From a virus (lineage: Duplodnaviria; Heunggongvirae; Uroviricota; Caudoviricetes), in the IMG/VR virus record IMGVR_UViG_3300031344_000001: a stretch of 64,000 bases of DNA; one strand, written 5' to 3'. The notes beneath the pieces are model-generated. The model searched no databases and was not told the DNA's origin. It was given only the letters and a program-made list of their open reading frames with translations. This document shows positions 9,328-18,454 of this stretch, in pieces (position 1 is the first letter of the stretch; every line of letters begins with the position of its first letter). Both the position numbers and the translations under genes were made by a program.

Positions 9328-9627
9328 ATGACGAGGACGATCTTCCACGAGGGCTTGGCGCTCCATCCGCTCACGCCAGACTTCATCGCGACGCACCCGA
9401 CGTTCGACCCCTGGCGACGCGACGAGGCGATCCTGGCCCGTGGTGAGGCGGGCTGGGTCGACTTCGAGGGCAAGCGTCAGCCGCCGCGCCTCATCCGCCG
9501 TGTCTGTCGGCCTGGCGACGATCTCTACTACTGGGACGGCCCCTGGGGCGCGCTCTCGGGCAGCAGCGGGATCGCGGTCGTTCGCGACGGTCGCGTGGTG
9601 GAGACGTTCACGATCTGGGTCGCTTGA
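9328..9627 (+). CDS. Hypothetical protein (99 aa)
   Basis: C-terminal part of ORF 9184..9627; LYYWDGPWGALSGSSGIAVVRDGRVV. Confidence 0.6.
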   Translation: MTRTIFHEGLALHPLTPDFIATHPTFDPWRRDEAILARGEAGWVDFEGKRQPPRLIRRVCRPGDDLYYWDGPWGALSGSSGIAVVRDGRVVETFTIWVA

Positions 9628-9635
9628 TCCGACGG

Positions 9636-9890
9636 TCACGGGGCTGCCCCCACGAGCCCGCGCACGGCGTCGCGGACCCTCCGAAGCTCGCGACCTGGCG
9701 GCCCGTTGAACCACACGACGTCGTCACCGTCTCCGCGGCGGCCGTACTGCTTGGCGACGTACTGGGTGACGAGGTTCGCCTCCTGTGCGCGCCGCAGGAT
9801 CGCGTCGACGCGGGGTAGGTCGACGATCGTGCCCTCGTAGCGGTAGCCGACGATCCGCGAGGTCGCGGATGGCTTGCGCACGGGCCTCAT
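9636..9890 (-). CDS. Hypothetical protein (84 aa)
   Basis: ATG at 9890 coupled to the upstream stop. Confidence 0.55.
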   Translation of the reverse strand: MRPVRKPSATSRIVGYRYEGTIVDLPRVDAILRRAQEANLVTQYVAKQYGRRGDGDDVVWFNGPPGRELRRVRDAVRGLVGAAP

Positions 9891-10165
9891 CGCAGGGATC
9901 CCTTGAAGGTCTGGACCGGCGTGCGCCCGACGCTCAAACCGGGCGGGAAACCGAGCTCGTGGCGGTAGTAGTCGCTGATGTCCCCGTTGCGCGCGAGCGT
10001 GTCGGCGCAGCCATCGACCCAGCCGACGAGGCCGTTCTCGACGCCGCGCACGTCGTCGGACAGGTTGAGGCCGTGAATCGCGAGGCTCGCGAGCGGGAAC
10101 CGCCGCGCGGTGCCTTCGTCGAGTTCTGCGACCATCGAGCAGTTCATGCGGAGCGCGGTGCTCAC
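9887..10165 (-). CDS. Hypothetical protein (92 aa)
   Basis: ORF track; coupled. Confidence 0.55.
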   Translation of the reverse strand: MSTALRMNCSMVAELDEGTARRFPLASLAIHGLNLSDDVRGVENGLVGWVDGCADTLARNGDISDYYRHELGFPPGLSVGRTPVQTFKGSLR

Positions 10166-10554
10166 GGGGTCTCCAGCTCGTCCAGCTCGCGGACGAGCGC
10201 GGCGACGCGATCATCCATCGCGGTCGTCTTGCCGGGCACGTGGACGGCGTGACTCGCGATGGCCGCTAACTCTCTCGCGATCTCTCCGAGGCGCTCGCAA
10301 CGCGCCTCGCCGATCAGGACGGCGCGCGCGTGTGTGCTGGTGACGTTGGCGATCGGCTCGCTCCCCGCGTCGTGGTGGCCCTGCGACCAGAGCCCGTCCG
10401 CCGCCTGCGCGGCCATGACGTCGGCGAGGTGCTCGAGCGCGCGACGGCAGGGCTCGACGTCGGCCTGCTCGCCCACGACCTGGAGGCGGACGACGATGTC
10501 GACTGTCGTCGTGATTTCCTTGGGGGTGACGAAGTCGATGAGGCTCTTGCTCAT
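10162..10554 (-). CDS. Hypothetical protein (130 aa)
   Basis: ORF track; GGAAGGGAG RBS. Confidence 0.6.
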   Translation of the reverse strand: MSKSLIDFVTPKEITTTVDIVVRLQVVGEQADVEPCRRALEHLADVMAAQAADGLWSQGHHDAGSEPIANVTSTHARAVLIGEARCERLGEIARELAAIASHAVHVPGKTTAMDDRVAALVRELDELETP

Positions 10555-11252
10555 AGGGCTCCCTTCCAGTCGCGCTCTTTGAGCGCCTTGAGCGCGTCGA
10601 TCGTGGCGGAGGCGTCTCGGCTCGACAGCCGGTCGACGTCTCTTGCGTCCCGCAGGTGCGGGCGCGCGTTCTGCGCGCCTTCGTCGAGCAGTCGCCGGAT
10701 GTAGTCACGCTGTCGCGGGGTCGCGCTGCCGTGCTTCTCGGGCAGGTGCGACAGGTCGCGTGCGCCGTCGCCTTCGAGCCGTGCGCGGCACGCTGGGCAC
10801 ATCTCGTGCGCACGTCCGTTGACTAGCTCGCTTTTTGCCGCGATCGGGGCGTAGTCGGCGCCGGTGGCCCGCGCCCCGCACGCGGTGATCGCGCGTGGAC
10901 GCTCGATCATCGAGCCGAAGCGCCGGACGATCGTCTCCGTGCCGTCGTAGGCGCCCGTGCGGACGTGGCGGACGACCGGCGCGACCCAGCGGATCGCGTC
11001 GGCGATCGTCTCCTCGATCACGCTCTCGCCCGAGGCGAGCTTGGTGGCGTAGAGGCAGTTGGCCGGCGTGAAGCGCAGGCGCCCGACGGGCCGCTTGGTG
11101 AGCACGCTCCGCACGAGCCAGGTTTCGGGGCGGCGGGTGGCGCGTGGGTCGGTGGCCTCCTCGCGGTCGCGCGCGGTCTCGGCCTGGTGGACCAGGAACA
11201 GCCCCAGCTCGGCCGCGAGCGATCGGTCGGTGTCGGTGATCGTCAGTTGCAC
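10551..11252 (-). CDS. Hypothetical protein with a C-terminal DUF3072-like helical motif
   Basis: GTG at 11252; ATPRQRDYIRRLLDE..LSSRDASATIDAL. Confidence 0.55.
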   Translation of the reverse strand: MQLTITDTDRSLAAELGLFLVHQAETARDREEATDPRATRRPETWLVRSVLTKRPVGRLRFTPANCLYATKLASGESVIEETIADAIRWVAPVVRHVRTGAYDGTETIVRRFGSMIERPRAITACGARATGADYAPIAAKSELVNGRAHEMCPACRARLEGDGARDLSHLPEKHGSATPRQRDYIRRLLDEGAQNARPHLRDARDVDRLSSRDASATIDALKALKERDWKGAL

Positions 11253-11572
11253 GGGGCTCCCGTGTTCTCCGCGACCTTTCGCCGGACCCGGAGGCGCCCG
11301 GCTTCGTCGACCACGCGCTCGTAGTCGCGCTGGGCGCGCTTCCACTCCGCGCGGATGAAGGGTGTGACCGCGTACAGGGCGTCGTCGCACGCCAGCCCCT
11401 CGACGATCTGCGCGTACACGACGTAGGCGGACAGCATGACCTCTCCGCACATCCCGACCTTCATGCACAGGTAGCCCGCGTAGATGATCGCCTCGGGCGG
11501 TAGGTCACCGACGGGCACCCTCGTGAGGAGGTGGACGCCGCGGTCGACGGCGCTGAGGACGGGTGCCGTCAC
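11243..11572 (-). CDS. Hypothetical protein (109 aa)
   Basis: GTG at 11572 coupled to the upstream stop. Confidence 0.5.
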   Translation of the reverse strand: MTAPVLSAVDRGVHLLTRVPVGDLPPEAIIYAGYLCMKVGMCGEVMLSAYVVYAQIVEGLACDDALYAVTPFIRAEWKRAQRDYERVVDEAGRLRVRRKVAENTGAPCN

Positions 11573-11901
11573 CGCATGCCGTCTTGCTGTTCGGCCCATG
11601 CGATCGCACGGGCTGCGTGTGCCTTCTTGCGTTCGAGCGCCTCCAACTCGAGGCGGCGCGCGGCCAAGAAGGACTGGATCGCTTGCAGCGGAGTCTCGAA
11701 GAAGGAGCGCCCGAGCGCGCTCGGCTCGAACAGGATGTTCGCGAGACCGTCGAAGCGCTTTTGGAGCTTGACCTGCTTTTCGCTCGCCTTCTCCACGGCG
11801 ATGCAGGCGACCTCCCACGTGTGTGGCGAAGCATCGGGTGGGGGCGGGTCGATCTCGACCACGCGGTAGACGAGGTCGCCGGCCTTCAGCGCGGTGCTCA
11901 C
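11569..11901 (-). CDS. Hypothetical protein (110 aa)
   Basis: GTG at 11901 coupled. Confidence 0.6.
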   Translation of the reverse strand: MSTALKAGDLVYRVVEIDPPPPDASPHTWEVACIAVEKASEKQVKLQKRFDGLANILFEPSALGRSFFETPLQAIQSFLAARRLELEALERKKAHAARAIAWAEQQDGMR

Positions 11902-12170
11902 GCGGACTCCGCGGTGACGCCGTCGGGGTGCGTGCCGTCGACGACGCGTTCGACGTCGATCGCCGGGATGTAGAAGCGGACGTCGACGTAGTGCTCGCCC
12001 GTACGGCCGTCCCATCCCGGGCCCTGGAACGCGACGCGCTCGGGGCTCTCACGGTCGGGGTCCTCGTGGAACCCTGCCTTGCTGAGCCAGGCGCGCGCGA
12101 TCGCGAGGGCGGCGTCGCCCTCGGTGGGCTTCGGGCGTGAACGATCGTCGTCGCCGGTGTTCCGCCTCAC
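11898..12170 (-). CDS. Hypothetical protein (90 aa)
   Basis: GTG at 12170 coupled. Confidence 0.55.
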   Translation of the reverse strand: MRRNTGDDDRSRPKPTEGDAALAIARAWLSKAGFHEDPDRESPERVAFQGPGWDGRTGEHYVDVRFYIPAIDVERVVDGTHPDGVTAESA

Positions 12171-12430
12171 GGCACAGCTGCTTTCGCGAACAGGGGCCGG
12201 TACCAAGCCTGCGGCTGGTGCTCGTCGATGTACTTGAGCGCTATGGCGTTCAGGGGGACGCTGATCGTGACGATCATGGCGGGCGGGTACCCGGCGACGT
12301 CCTCGTCCCAACGGCCCTGCATCGGAGCCATCACGGGTGCGGCCATCAGCAGCGCCACGACCTCGGCGGCCTCTGAGGAAAACATGCCCCGGCTGTCCAG
12401 GAACTCGACACACCAATCCTTGAACGTCAT
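12167..12430 (-). CDS. Hypothetical protein (87 aa)
   Basis: ORF track. Confidence 0.6.
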   Translation of the reverse strand: MTFKDWCVEFLDSRGMFSSEAAEVVALLMAAPVMAPMQGRWDEDVAGYPPAMIVTISVPLNAIALKYIDEHQPQAWYRPLFAKAAVP

Positions 12431-12832
12431 CTACTCATCCCCCATCGTGGCGAGCGCCGCAGCGTCGAGCTTGGCCAGGCAGTCGTACTGGCGGGTCATC
12501 GCACAGGACGTGCGGCGCACGCGGTCGTCGACGCCGGGCGCGCACAGCGCGACGTCGCGCCAGCTGTGGCCGGACTGCTCCGCCTCCACGCGCTCGGCGG
12601 CCTGGTCCGGGTAGCTCGCCGATCCGCGTTGAAAGGTCAGTGCGTCGACGTCCTCGCGGATCGCCGCTCGAACGAACTGGCAGTAGTCGTCGAGGCTCCT
12701 GACCTTGGCTTCGGCCTTTGCTTCACCGCGCGTGCAGAGGAGCATGATCAGGCCGGGGGTCATCCCCAACGCCATCACGGTGACCACCACAGCGGTCACG
12801 GCGACCGCGGACGGTCGGCGTGGCGCGGTCAC
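12431..12832 (-). CDS. Single-TM membrane protein with Cys-containing C-terminal domain
   Basis: Hydrophobic AVAVTAVVVTVMALGMTPGLIMLL; GTG at 12832. Confidence 0.55.
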   Translation of the reverse strand: MTAPRRPSAVAVTAVVVTVMALGMTPGLIMLLCTRGEAKAEAKVRSLDDYCQFVRAAIREDVDALTFQRGSASYPDQAAERVEAEQSGHSWRDVALCAPGVDDRVRRTSCAMTRQYDCLAKLDAAALATMGDE

Positions 12833-12986
12833 GCCCACACCGAGGCCCACATCGCGGGCAGCTGCGTCAGGTCGCGCAGGGCATCGACCTGGCGTCGCGT
12901 GAGGCCGAAGCGCCCGGGCGGTTCACGCTCGGGGCGCGTCGAGATGGACGGGATGCGTGCGCTGAGCGGCTCGTGCTTCTTGTACT

Positions 12987-13220
12987 TCATGCCGTGCCCT
13001 CCTTTGCGCGCGCTGCGATCACGGCGTCGCAGGCGTCACAGACGTCCATGTTCTCCCACCACTTTGGCGTCGTCATCTGGACGTCGCCGCAGTACGTGCA
13101 CCAGTTGTCGTCGTACTTCTTACGTCCCGTGCAGAAGTCGCACGCGCACCCGTTGACCGTCGATGCCGGGAGCCCTGCGGCCTCGGCGTCCCTCAGCCTT
13201 TGGAGTAGGCCGTCGTCCAC
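12987..13220 (-). CDS. Small Cys-rich protein
   Basis: CDFC, CTYC and CDAC motifs. Confidence 0.55.
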   Translation of the reverse strand: MDDGLLQRLRDAEAAGLPASTVNGCACDFCTGRKKYDDNWCTYCGDVQMTTPKWWENMDVCDACDAVIAARAKEGTA

Positions 13221-13223
13221 CGA

Positions 13224-13586
13224 CTAGGACTCCTTCAGCGCGACGCCGTAGTGGGCCGCGATCTCGCCCGCGACGTGCCGGGTCACCCAACCGAGGTTGT
13301 AGAGGCCCTCGGGCGAGACCCCGTACGGGATCAGGTAGTGCGTCTCACCGCGCCTGTTGGTGTACGCGCTGCCGTGGACCTTGAGCCATGCCTCGTGGGG
13401 CGCGCTGTCGATCACGACGACGGGCCCCACGGCCATGCCGCCGACGGAGTCCTCGTGCTTGAACGATACGGTCACAGGGCCGGTGATCGCGGGAAGTGGC
13501 TTCGTCGTCGCCTTGGGCGACGAGAAGATTTGCTGGTTCCCGACGGTGGTGACCGCGGGGATCTTCTTGGCAGCCTTGGCGGTCAT
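13224..13586 (-). CDS. Hypothetical protein (120 aa)
   Basis: ORF track; coupled. Confidence 0.6.
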   Translation of the reverse strand: MTAKAAKKIPAVTTVGNQQIFSSPKATTKPLPAITGPVTVSFKHEDSVGGMAVGPVVVIDSAPHEAWLKVHGSAYTNRRGETHYLIPYGVSPEGLYNLGWVTRHVAGEIAAHYGVALKES

Positions 13587-13966
13587 TTGGACTTTCTTGC
13601 GGGCGTGGGCGTGATGACCTCGCTCGCGACGGGCACGCCGGGGTACGCGACGTCACTGTCGTCGTTCCCCTCGGCCTGCACCTCGACCTCGCTCGCAAGA
13701 GCGCCGACCTCGGACTTGGTGAGCCCGGTGACGTCGAACGTGATGACGAGGGACTGTTTCTTGCCGCGCTTGGTGATCTTCGAGATCTCGAGGACGCGCA
13801 CGTCGGGGTGACCCGCGGTCTCGCCCTTGTGGTAGCGCTTGCCGCCCGCTCCGTCGGAGGCTTCGCCCTGCACGACGGCGTCGCCGCTCAGCGCGTCGAC
13901 CTGCTCTTTCGAGAGGCCCGTGACGTCGAACGTGACGACGAGGTGCTTGGGATTCTTCTTGCTCAC
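13583..13966 (-). CDS. Two-repeat hypothetical protein (127 aa)
   Basis: LVVTFDVTGLSKEQVDAL and LVITFDVTGLTKSEVGAL internal repeats. Confidence 0.7.
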   Translation of the reverse strand: MSKKNPKHLVVTFDVTGLSKEQVDALSGDAVVQGEASDGAGGKRYHKGETAGHPDVRVLEISKITKRGKKQSLVITFDVTGLTKSEVGALASEVEVQAEGNDDSDVAYPGVPVASEVITPTPARKSK

Positions 13967-14175
13967 GCAGGTGTCTCCGTAGTGGTGGCAGGCGCTTCGG
14001 TCTTGAGGCCGCGCGCGATCACCTCGCCTGCGACGCTGGCCGCCGTGTGGGGGTAGCCGCGCTCCTCGGCGATCTTCGTGATCAACGCGCGGTCCTCCGG
14101 TCTCACGCGCACGTACATGACGACGGGCGCGCGAGGGCGCTTGGCCTTTGCCGCGCGTCGAGGGGTCTGAGGCAT
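13963..14175 (-). CDS. Ribbon-helix-helix-like DNA-binding protein
   Basis: VVMYVRVRPEDRALITKIAEERG beta-alpha-alpha pattern; TTGCAA-N17-CATAAC just upstream of ATG 14175. Confidence 0.55.
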   Translation of the reverse strand: MPQTPRRAAKAKRPRAPVVMYVRVRPEDRALITKIAEERGYPHTAASVAGEVIARGLKTEAPATTTETPA

Positions 14176-14242
14176 GCGCAAGTTATGCCCCGAGACTGCG
14201 TGATGTTGCAAGAACCTCTTGCACATGGATCGATGACGTTGG

Positions 14243-14536
14243 TTAGAGCCACTCCACGTCCGTCACGCGGACGCTGGTGTCGATCTGGTTGCGGCGCGAC
14301 CAGACGGTGACGAACCGCCCGCTGGACGGCAGCCCGGGCAGCTCGTCCTTCTTCTCGATCGCGATCGCGAACTCGCCGCGCGCGAACGCCAGGCCCATCT
14401 TCGTCTTGACGTCGCACTTGACGCGGACGAGGCGGTAGCTCGCGAAGCGTCCTTTGTATTGCGCGTGCTGGGAGACCTGCGCGCTGGCGGTCGCCTGGAG
14501 GCTCGTCAGGGTGGCGGAGAGGTCAGTGTTCGACAT
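14243..14536 (-). CDS. Hypothetical protein (97 aa)
   Basis: ATG at 14536; downstream of an operator pair. Confidence 0.6.
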   Translation of the reverse strand: MSNTDLSATLTSLQATASAQVSQHAQYKGRFASYRLVRVKCDVKTKMGLAFARGEFAIAIEKKDELPGLPSSGRFVTVWSRRNQIDTSVRVTDVEWL

Positions 14537-14620
14537 GACTCGGAGACCTTGCTCGCGGCGTGCCGTCTCGCGGGTCCGGAACACGGGGGGCTAAGTCCTT
14601 GGCTCGAGGTTCGATCGGGG

Positions 14621-14695
14621 CGGGGTACTGCGCGACCCAGTGTCCGCGGGGCCACGAGCTCGTGAAAGTCGCGCCCAGGTATTCCACTACCCGGG
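14621..14695. promoter_or_regulatory. Paired GGGT-N8-ACCC operator-like sites
   Basis: GGGT-ACTGCGCG-ACCC at 14623 and AGGT-ATTCCACT-ACCC at 14677; between divergent genes. Confidence 0.5.
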
Positions 14696-14757
14696 GCGTC
14701 AGATCCGAGCGTTAGGTGCTCGCAGTGTTGGCACTCCGCGTGGATTACAGGGACCTC

Positions 14758-15978
14758 ATGATCACGACGACGTCGTTCACGCTCGCGGGCCCGGTCGGCG
14801 TCGACGCGCACCCGGTCTCGATCCAGTGCTCTGTCGACGCGGTGAAGCCCAGTTGCTTCCTCGTGGAGGGCGTGACGCTGTCTCCGGCGCAGGGCAAGGA
14901 GATCTCCGTGCGCGTGCGCTCCGCGATCGCGTCGACGGCCCTGTGCGCGTGGCCCGCGGGGCGCGTGACGGTCAGCATCGACGCGGGGTGCGCCAAGCTC
15001 TACGCGCCAGCGCTCGACCTCCCGATCGCGCTGGCGATCGCGGGGGTCGACACGGCCGGCCTCCTCGTCGCTGGCGAGCTGGGTCTCGACGGCTCGGTGC
15101 GCTCGGTGCGCGGCGCGCTCCAGGCGGCGCTCCTCGCGCAGTCGCTGGGCTTGCGCGGCGTGCTGGTCCCCTCCCAGAGCGTCCGCGAGGTGCTGGAGGC
15201 GTCGGGTCCCGACCTGGCCGTCCACGCGGTCGGGCACCTCTCCGAGATCGGGCACGCGCTCTCCATGGAGGCGGCCCGGCCCGCGCGCGCGAAGCCTTCG
15301 GCGCCGACGCTCGACTTCGCCGAGGTGCGCGGGCTGGCCGACGCGCTCGCGGTGGTCGAGCGCGCGGTCGCGACGCACGCCGGGCTCCTCCTCGTCGGTC
15401 CGCCGGGCACCGGGAAGACGATGATCGCGCGTCGGATCCCCGGGGTGCTGCCCCGGATGCAGCGCGACGAGCAGGTGGAGGTGACCCGTGTCTACAGCGC
15501 GGCTGGGCTCTCCGATGGCTTGGTGACGCAGCGCCCGCTCCGCGCGCCTCACCACACGATCTCGGCCGCGGCGCTCGTGGGCGGCGGCACGTCGTCACGT
15601 CGCCCCGGTGAGGCGCAGCTGGCGACGCACGGCGTCTTGTTCCTGGACGAGGTCGCCGAGTTCGCGATCGGGGCGATCGAGGCGCTCGCCGCCACGCTCG
15701 CCCAGATGCCCGCGGCCTCGCGCCCGATCGTCGTGGCGAGCGTGAACCCGTGCCCGTGCGGCTGGCGCGGGTCGGAAGTCCGCTCGTGCACCTGCTCGGA
15801 GGCCAGCGTCTCGCGTCACGCCGCGCGCGTGAAGGGGGCGATCGCCAAGCTCGGCCTGACGATCACCGCGACGGTCCCCCCGGTGACGCTCTCCGATTTG
15901 CGCGGTGGCGCCGCGGGCGAGTCGAGCGCGGTCATCGCGGGGCGCATCGCCGCCGCGACGGCGGGGAGGGTGTGCTAG
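14758..15978 (+). CDS. comM: ComM/YifB-family (Mg-chelatase-like) AAA+ ATPase, C-terminally degenerate
   Basis: LDLPIALAI, GELGLDGSVRSVRG, GPPGTGKTM (Walker A), RAPHHTISAAALVGGG, PGE..LA.HGVLFLDE (Walker B), NPCPCG. Confidence 0.8.
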   Translation: MITTTSFTLAGPVGVDAHPVSIQCSVDAVKPSCFLVEGVTLSPAQGKEISVRVRSAIASTALCAWPAGRVTVSIDAGCAKLYAPALDLPIALAIAGVDTAGLLVAGELGLDGSVRSVRGALQAALLAQSLGLRGVLVPSQSVREVLEASGPDLAVHAVGHLSEIGHALSMEAARPARAKPSAPTLDFAEVRGLADALAVVERAVATHAGLLLVGPPGTGKTMIARRIPGVLPRMQRDEQVEVTRVYSAAGLSDGLVTQRPLRAPHHTISAAALVGGGTSSRRPGEAQLATHGVLFLDEVAEFAIGAIEALAATLAQMPAASRPIVVASVNPCPCGWRGSEVRSCTCSEASVSRHAARVKGAIAKLGLTITATVPPVTLSDLRGGAAGESSAVIAGRIAAATAGRVC

Positions 15979-16121
15979 CACTCAGTGTCCAGGGTGACAC
16001 GAGCGCGTGAAGCCGTGAACGGCGCGCCCGGGTGCGTGGGTACCCCGCGACGTCAGGTCGGCACGTTACGCTCGGTGGTACGGCCGACGAGTTGGCATCC
16101 GGCGTGGAGTAACAGCAGGGT

Positions 16122-17330
16122 ATGCAGATGATCGACAGCTCCCCGCTCGTGACACTCCGTGTCCGCCGGCCTGCGCCTGCACTGGTCGACCGCGGTGTCG
16201 AGGTCGACGCGACGATCGCCGATCTGATCGCGGCGGACGCCCCGGTGGCGATCGGCGTGTCCGGAGGCAAGGACTCGTGCGCCGCCGCGATCGCGACGGT
16301 CGAGCATCTGCGCGCGGTCGGGCACAAGGGCCCGGTGGTGCTCGTGCACGCGGACCTCGGGCGCGTCGAGTGGGACGACTCTCTGCCGACCTGCGAGCGG
16401 CTCGCGACCTTCCTCGGCGTCGAGCTTCTCGTCGTCCGTCGCAAGGCGGGCGACATGATGGACCGCTGGCTTCAGCGTTGGCGTGACAACGTGCGTCGCT
16501 ACGCGCAGCTCTCATGCGTCACGATCATCCTGCCGTGGTCGACGCCCAGCATGCGGTTCTGCACGAGCGAGTTGAAGTCGCAGCCGATGGCGGCGGCACT
16601 CGTGCGTCGCTTTCCGGGTAAGCGCATCATCAGCGCTTGTGGTGTTCGCCGCGACGAGTCCAAGGAGCGTAGTGGCGCGCTGACGTCCGAAGAGAACGAT
16701 CTGCTCGCTAAGAAGAAGCTCCGCACGAGCGGCGTCGATTGGAAACCCATCGCGGCGTGGACGGCGGACGATGTGTTCGCGTACTGCGCGGCACGGGGCT
16801 TCGAGATGCACGAGGGCTACGCGCGGTTCGGGATGTCGCGCATCTCGTGCGCGTTCTGCATCATGGCCAATGGCAGTGACCTGGCGTCCTCCGCATCGAA
16901 CCCGGCGCATGCCGCGCTCTACCGCGAGATGGTCGATCTGGAGATTGCGAGCGCGTTCGCGTTCCAGGGGTCCCGCTGGCTTGGTGACGTCGCGCCGCAC
17001 CTCTTGACGACCGACCAACTCACGGGGCTTCTCCGCGCGAAGGAGCGCGCGGTGCGGGTCAAGCTTGCGCAGAAGCGGATTCCCAAGCACCTGCTGTACA
17101 CCCGGGGTTGGCCCACCGTGATGCCGACACGCGAGGAAGCTGAGTTGCTCGCCGAGGTTCGCCGCGAGGTCGCGGACGCCGGCGGCTTCCAGATCGAGTG
17201 GGCCGACGCGCAGTTGATCCTTGACCGCTACGCCGACCTGATGGTGAAGAAGGCCGCGAAGGAAGCGGTCGCTGCGAAGAAGGCGGCTCGCAAGAGGTCG
17301 CCGAAGATGACGAAGCACGTGCAGCTGTAG
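16122..17330 (+). CDS. PAPS-reductase family (PP-loop) protein
   Basis: GVSGGKDS, RFCTSELKSQP, GVRRDESKERS, KPIAAWTADDVF, GMSRISCAFC. Confidence 0.8.
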   Translation: MQMIDSSPLVTLRVRRPAPALVDRGVEVDATIADLIAADAPVAIGVSGGKDSCAAAIATVEHLRAVGHKGPVVLVHADLGRVEWDDSLPTCERLATFLGVELLVVRRKAGDMMDRWLQRWRDNVRRYAQLSCVTIILPWSTPSMRFCTSELKSQPMAAALVRRFPGKRIISACGVRRDESKERSGALTSEENDLLAKKKLRTSGVDWKPIAAWTADDVFAYCAARGFEMHEGYARFGMSRISCAFCIMANGSDLASSASNPAHAALYREMVDLEIASAFAFQGSRWLGDVAPHLLTTDQLTGLLRAKERAVRVKLAQKRIPKHLLYTRGWPTVMPTREEAELLAEVRREVADAGGFQIEWADAQLILDRYADLMVKKAAKEAVAAKKAARKRSPKMTKHVQL

Positions 17331-17333
17331 GCC

Positions 17334-17429
17334 ATGGCCACCAAACGACAACCTAAGGTTCCTAAGCGAAAGAAAGCAGCGGGGTCTAAGAAGATGAAGA
17401 AGCAGCCGTTGAAGAAGGAAGCAGCCTGA
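17334..17429 (+). CDS. Very basic 31-aa peptide
   Basis: MATKRQPKVPKRKKAAGSKKMKKQPLKKEAA fills the gap between two genes; below the ORF-track cut-off. Confidence 0.4.
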   Translation: MATKRQPKVPKRKKAAGSKKMKKQPLKKEAA

Positions 17430-17430
17430 C

Positions 17431-17850
17431 ATGGGCCTCGATCTTCGACTCTTGCCCTGTGAGAGCTGGCACCAGGTGGACGGCCGGTTGTGGGGCTACT
17501 CCCACACGATCCTCGACCTGGGGCGCCTCGCCGAGGAGGCGTGGGAAGCCTTCCAGACACGGGTGAAGCCCCACCTCGTGGCGCTGCCCGCTGACCACAG
17601 CATCACGTCCTTCGTGGGGGCGCGCGTTCCGGACGGTCCTTACAAGGACGAGCACAGGTACGGGCAGATCCGCGATAAGGACGCCTACGGCGAGCCCTAC
17701 GAGGTCGTCACGGCGGAGCACCTCCTGCCGTGGCTGGAGATCCACTTTCGCTACGACGGCCATCACGGATACGGGCCGTACCAGACGGCGATCGTGGCGT
17801 ACGTCCGCGCGCTGCCGTCGGACACGAAGATCGTACTCGACTGGCACTGA
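17431..17850 (+). CDS. Hypothetical protein (139 aa)
   Basis: ORF track. Confidence 0.65.
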   Translation: MGLDLRLLPCESWHQVDGRLWGYSHTILDLGRLAEEAWEAFQTRVKPHLVALPADHSITSFVGARVPDGPYKDEHRYGQIRDKDAYGEPYEVVTAEHLLPWLEIHFRYDGHHGYGPYQTAIVAYVRALPSDTKIVLDWH

Positions 17851-17866
17851 AGAAGGGAGACGGCGC

Positions 17867-18214
17867 ATGAAGGACGAGGAGAAGCACAGAGCCCTCAGTG
17901 AGGCGCAGGTCCACACGCTCTACGCGCGTGGCGTCATCGATCAAGCGACGTGTAACAACGCGCTGCGATCGTTCCGCGGTGACCACGGACACGTCGGCCA
18001 GCACGCGATCCGTACGTGCGAGGTGGCCATCGAGGCGCTCGTCGAGCGCGCGGTCGACGCGGCGTGCGCGGTGATCCAGGACAGGCTCGGCGTCAAGACG
18101 GGCGACCGCGCCGCGTCGACGCTCTCGGACGGCGCGATCGAGCGCGAGCTGACGCGCTACGTGCACGCCGAGCTGTCCGGCGCGCTGCCCAGCGCGCCCG
18201 GGGAGGCGGCGTAG
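17867..18214 (+). CDS. Hypothetical protein (115 aa)
   Basis: ORF track; AAGGGAG RBS. Confidence 0.6.
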   Translation: MKDEEKHRALSEAQVHTLYARGVIDQATCNNALRSFRGDHGHVGQHAIRTCEVAIEALVERAVDAACAVIQDRLGVKTGDRAASTLSDGAIERELTRYVHAELSGALPSAPGEAA

Positions 18215-18448
18215 GTGGCGATCTGGGTCTGCACGTGCTGCCGGACCGAGGGCACCGCGCTGCACGCGCACGGTACGTATTGCACGGTGCACCCGGACGC
18301 GCCGGTCGTGCCGCGCCCGCCGCCGCTCGGTGACCCGGGCGGCGAGGACTGCACTGGGCCCACGGTCAAGGCGGCGGTCCTCGCGGCCTACCGCACGCGC
18401 GGAGGCGTCGTCTACGACCTCGCGCTCAAGCTCTACGGAGAGGCGTAG
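18215..18448 (+). CDS. Small Cys/His-rich protein
   Basis: CTCC..H.HGTYC..H. Confidence 0.5.
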   Translation: MAIWVCTCCRTEGTALHAHGTYCTVHPDAPVVPRPPPLGDPGGEDCTGPTVKAAVLAAYRTRGGVVYDLALKLYGEA

Positions 18449-18454
18449 TTCGTC

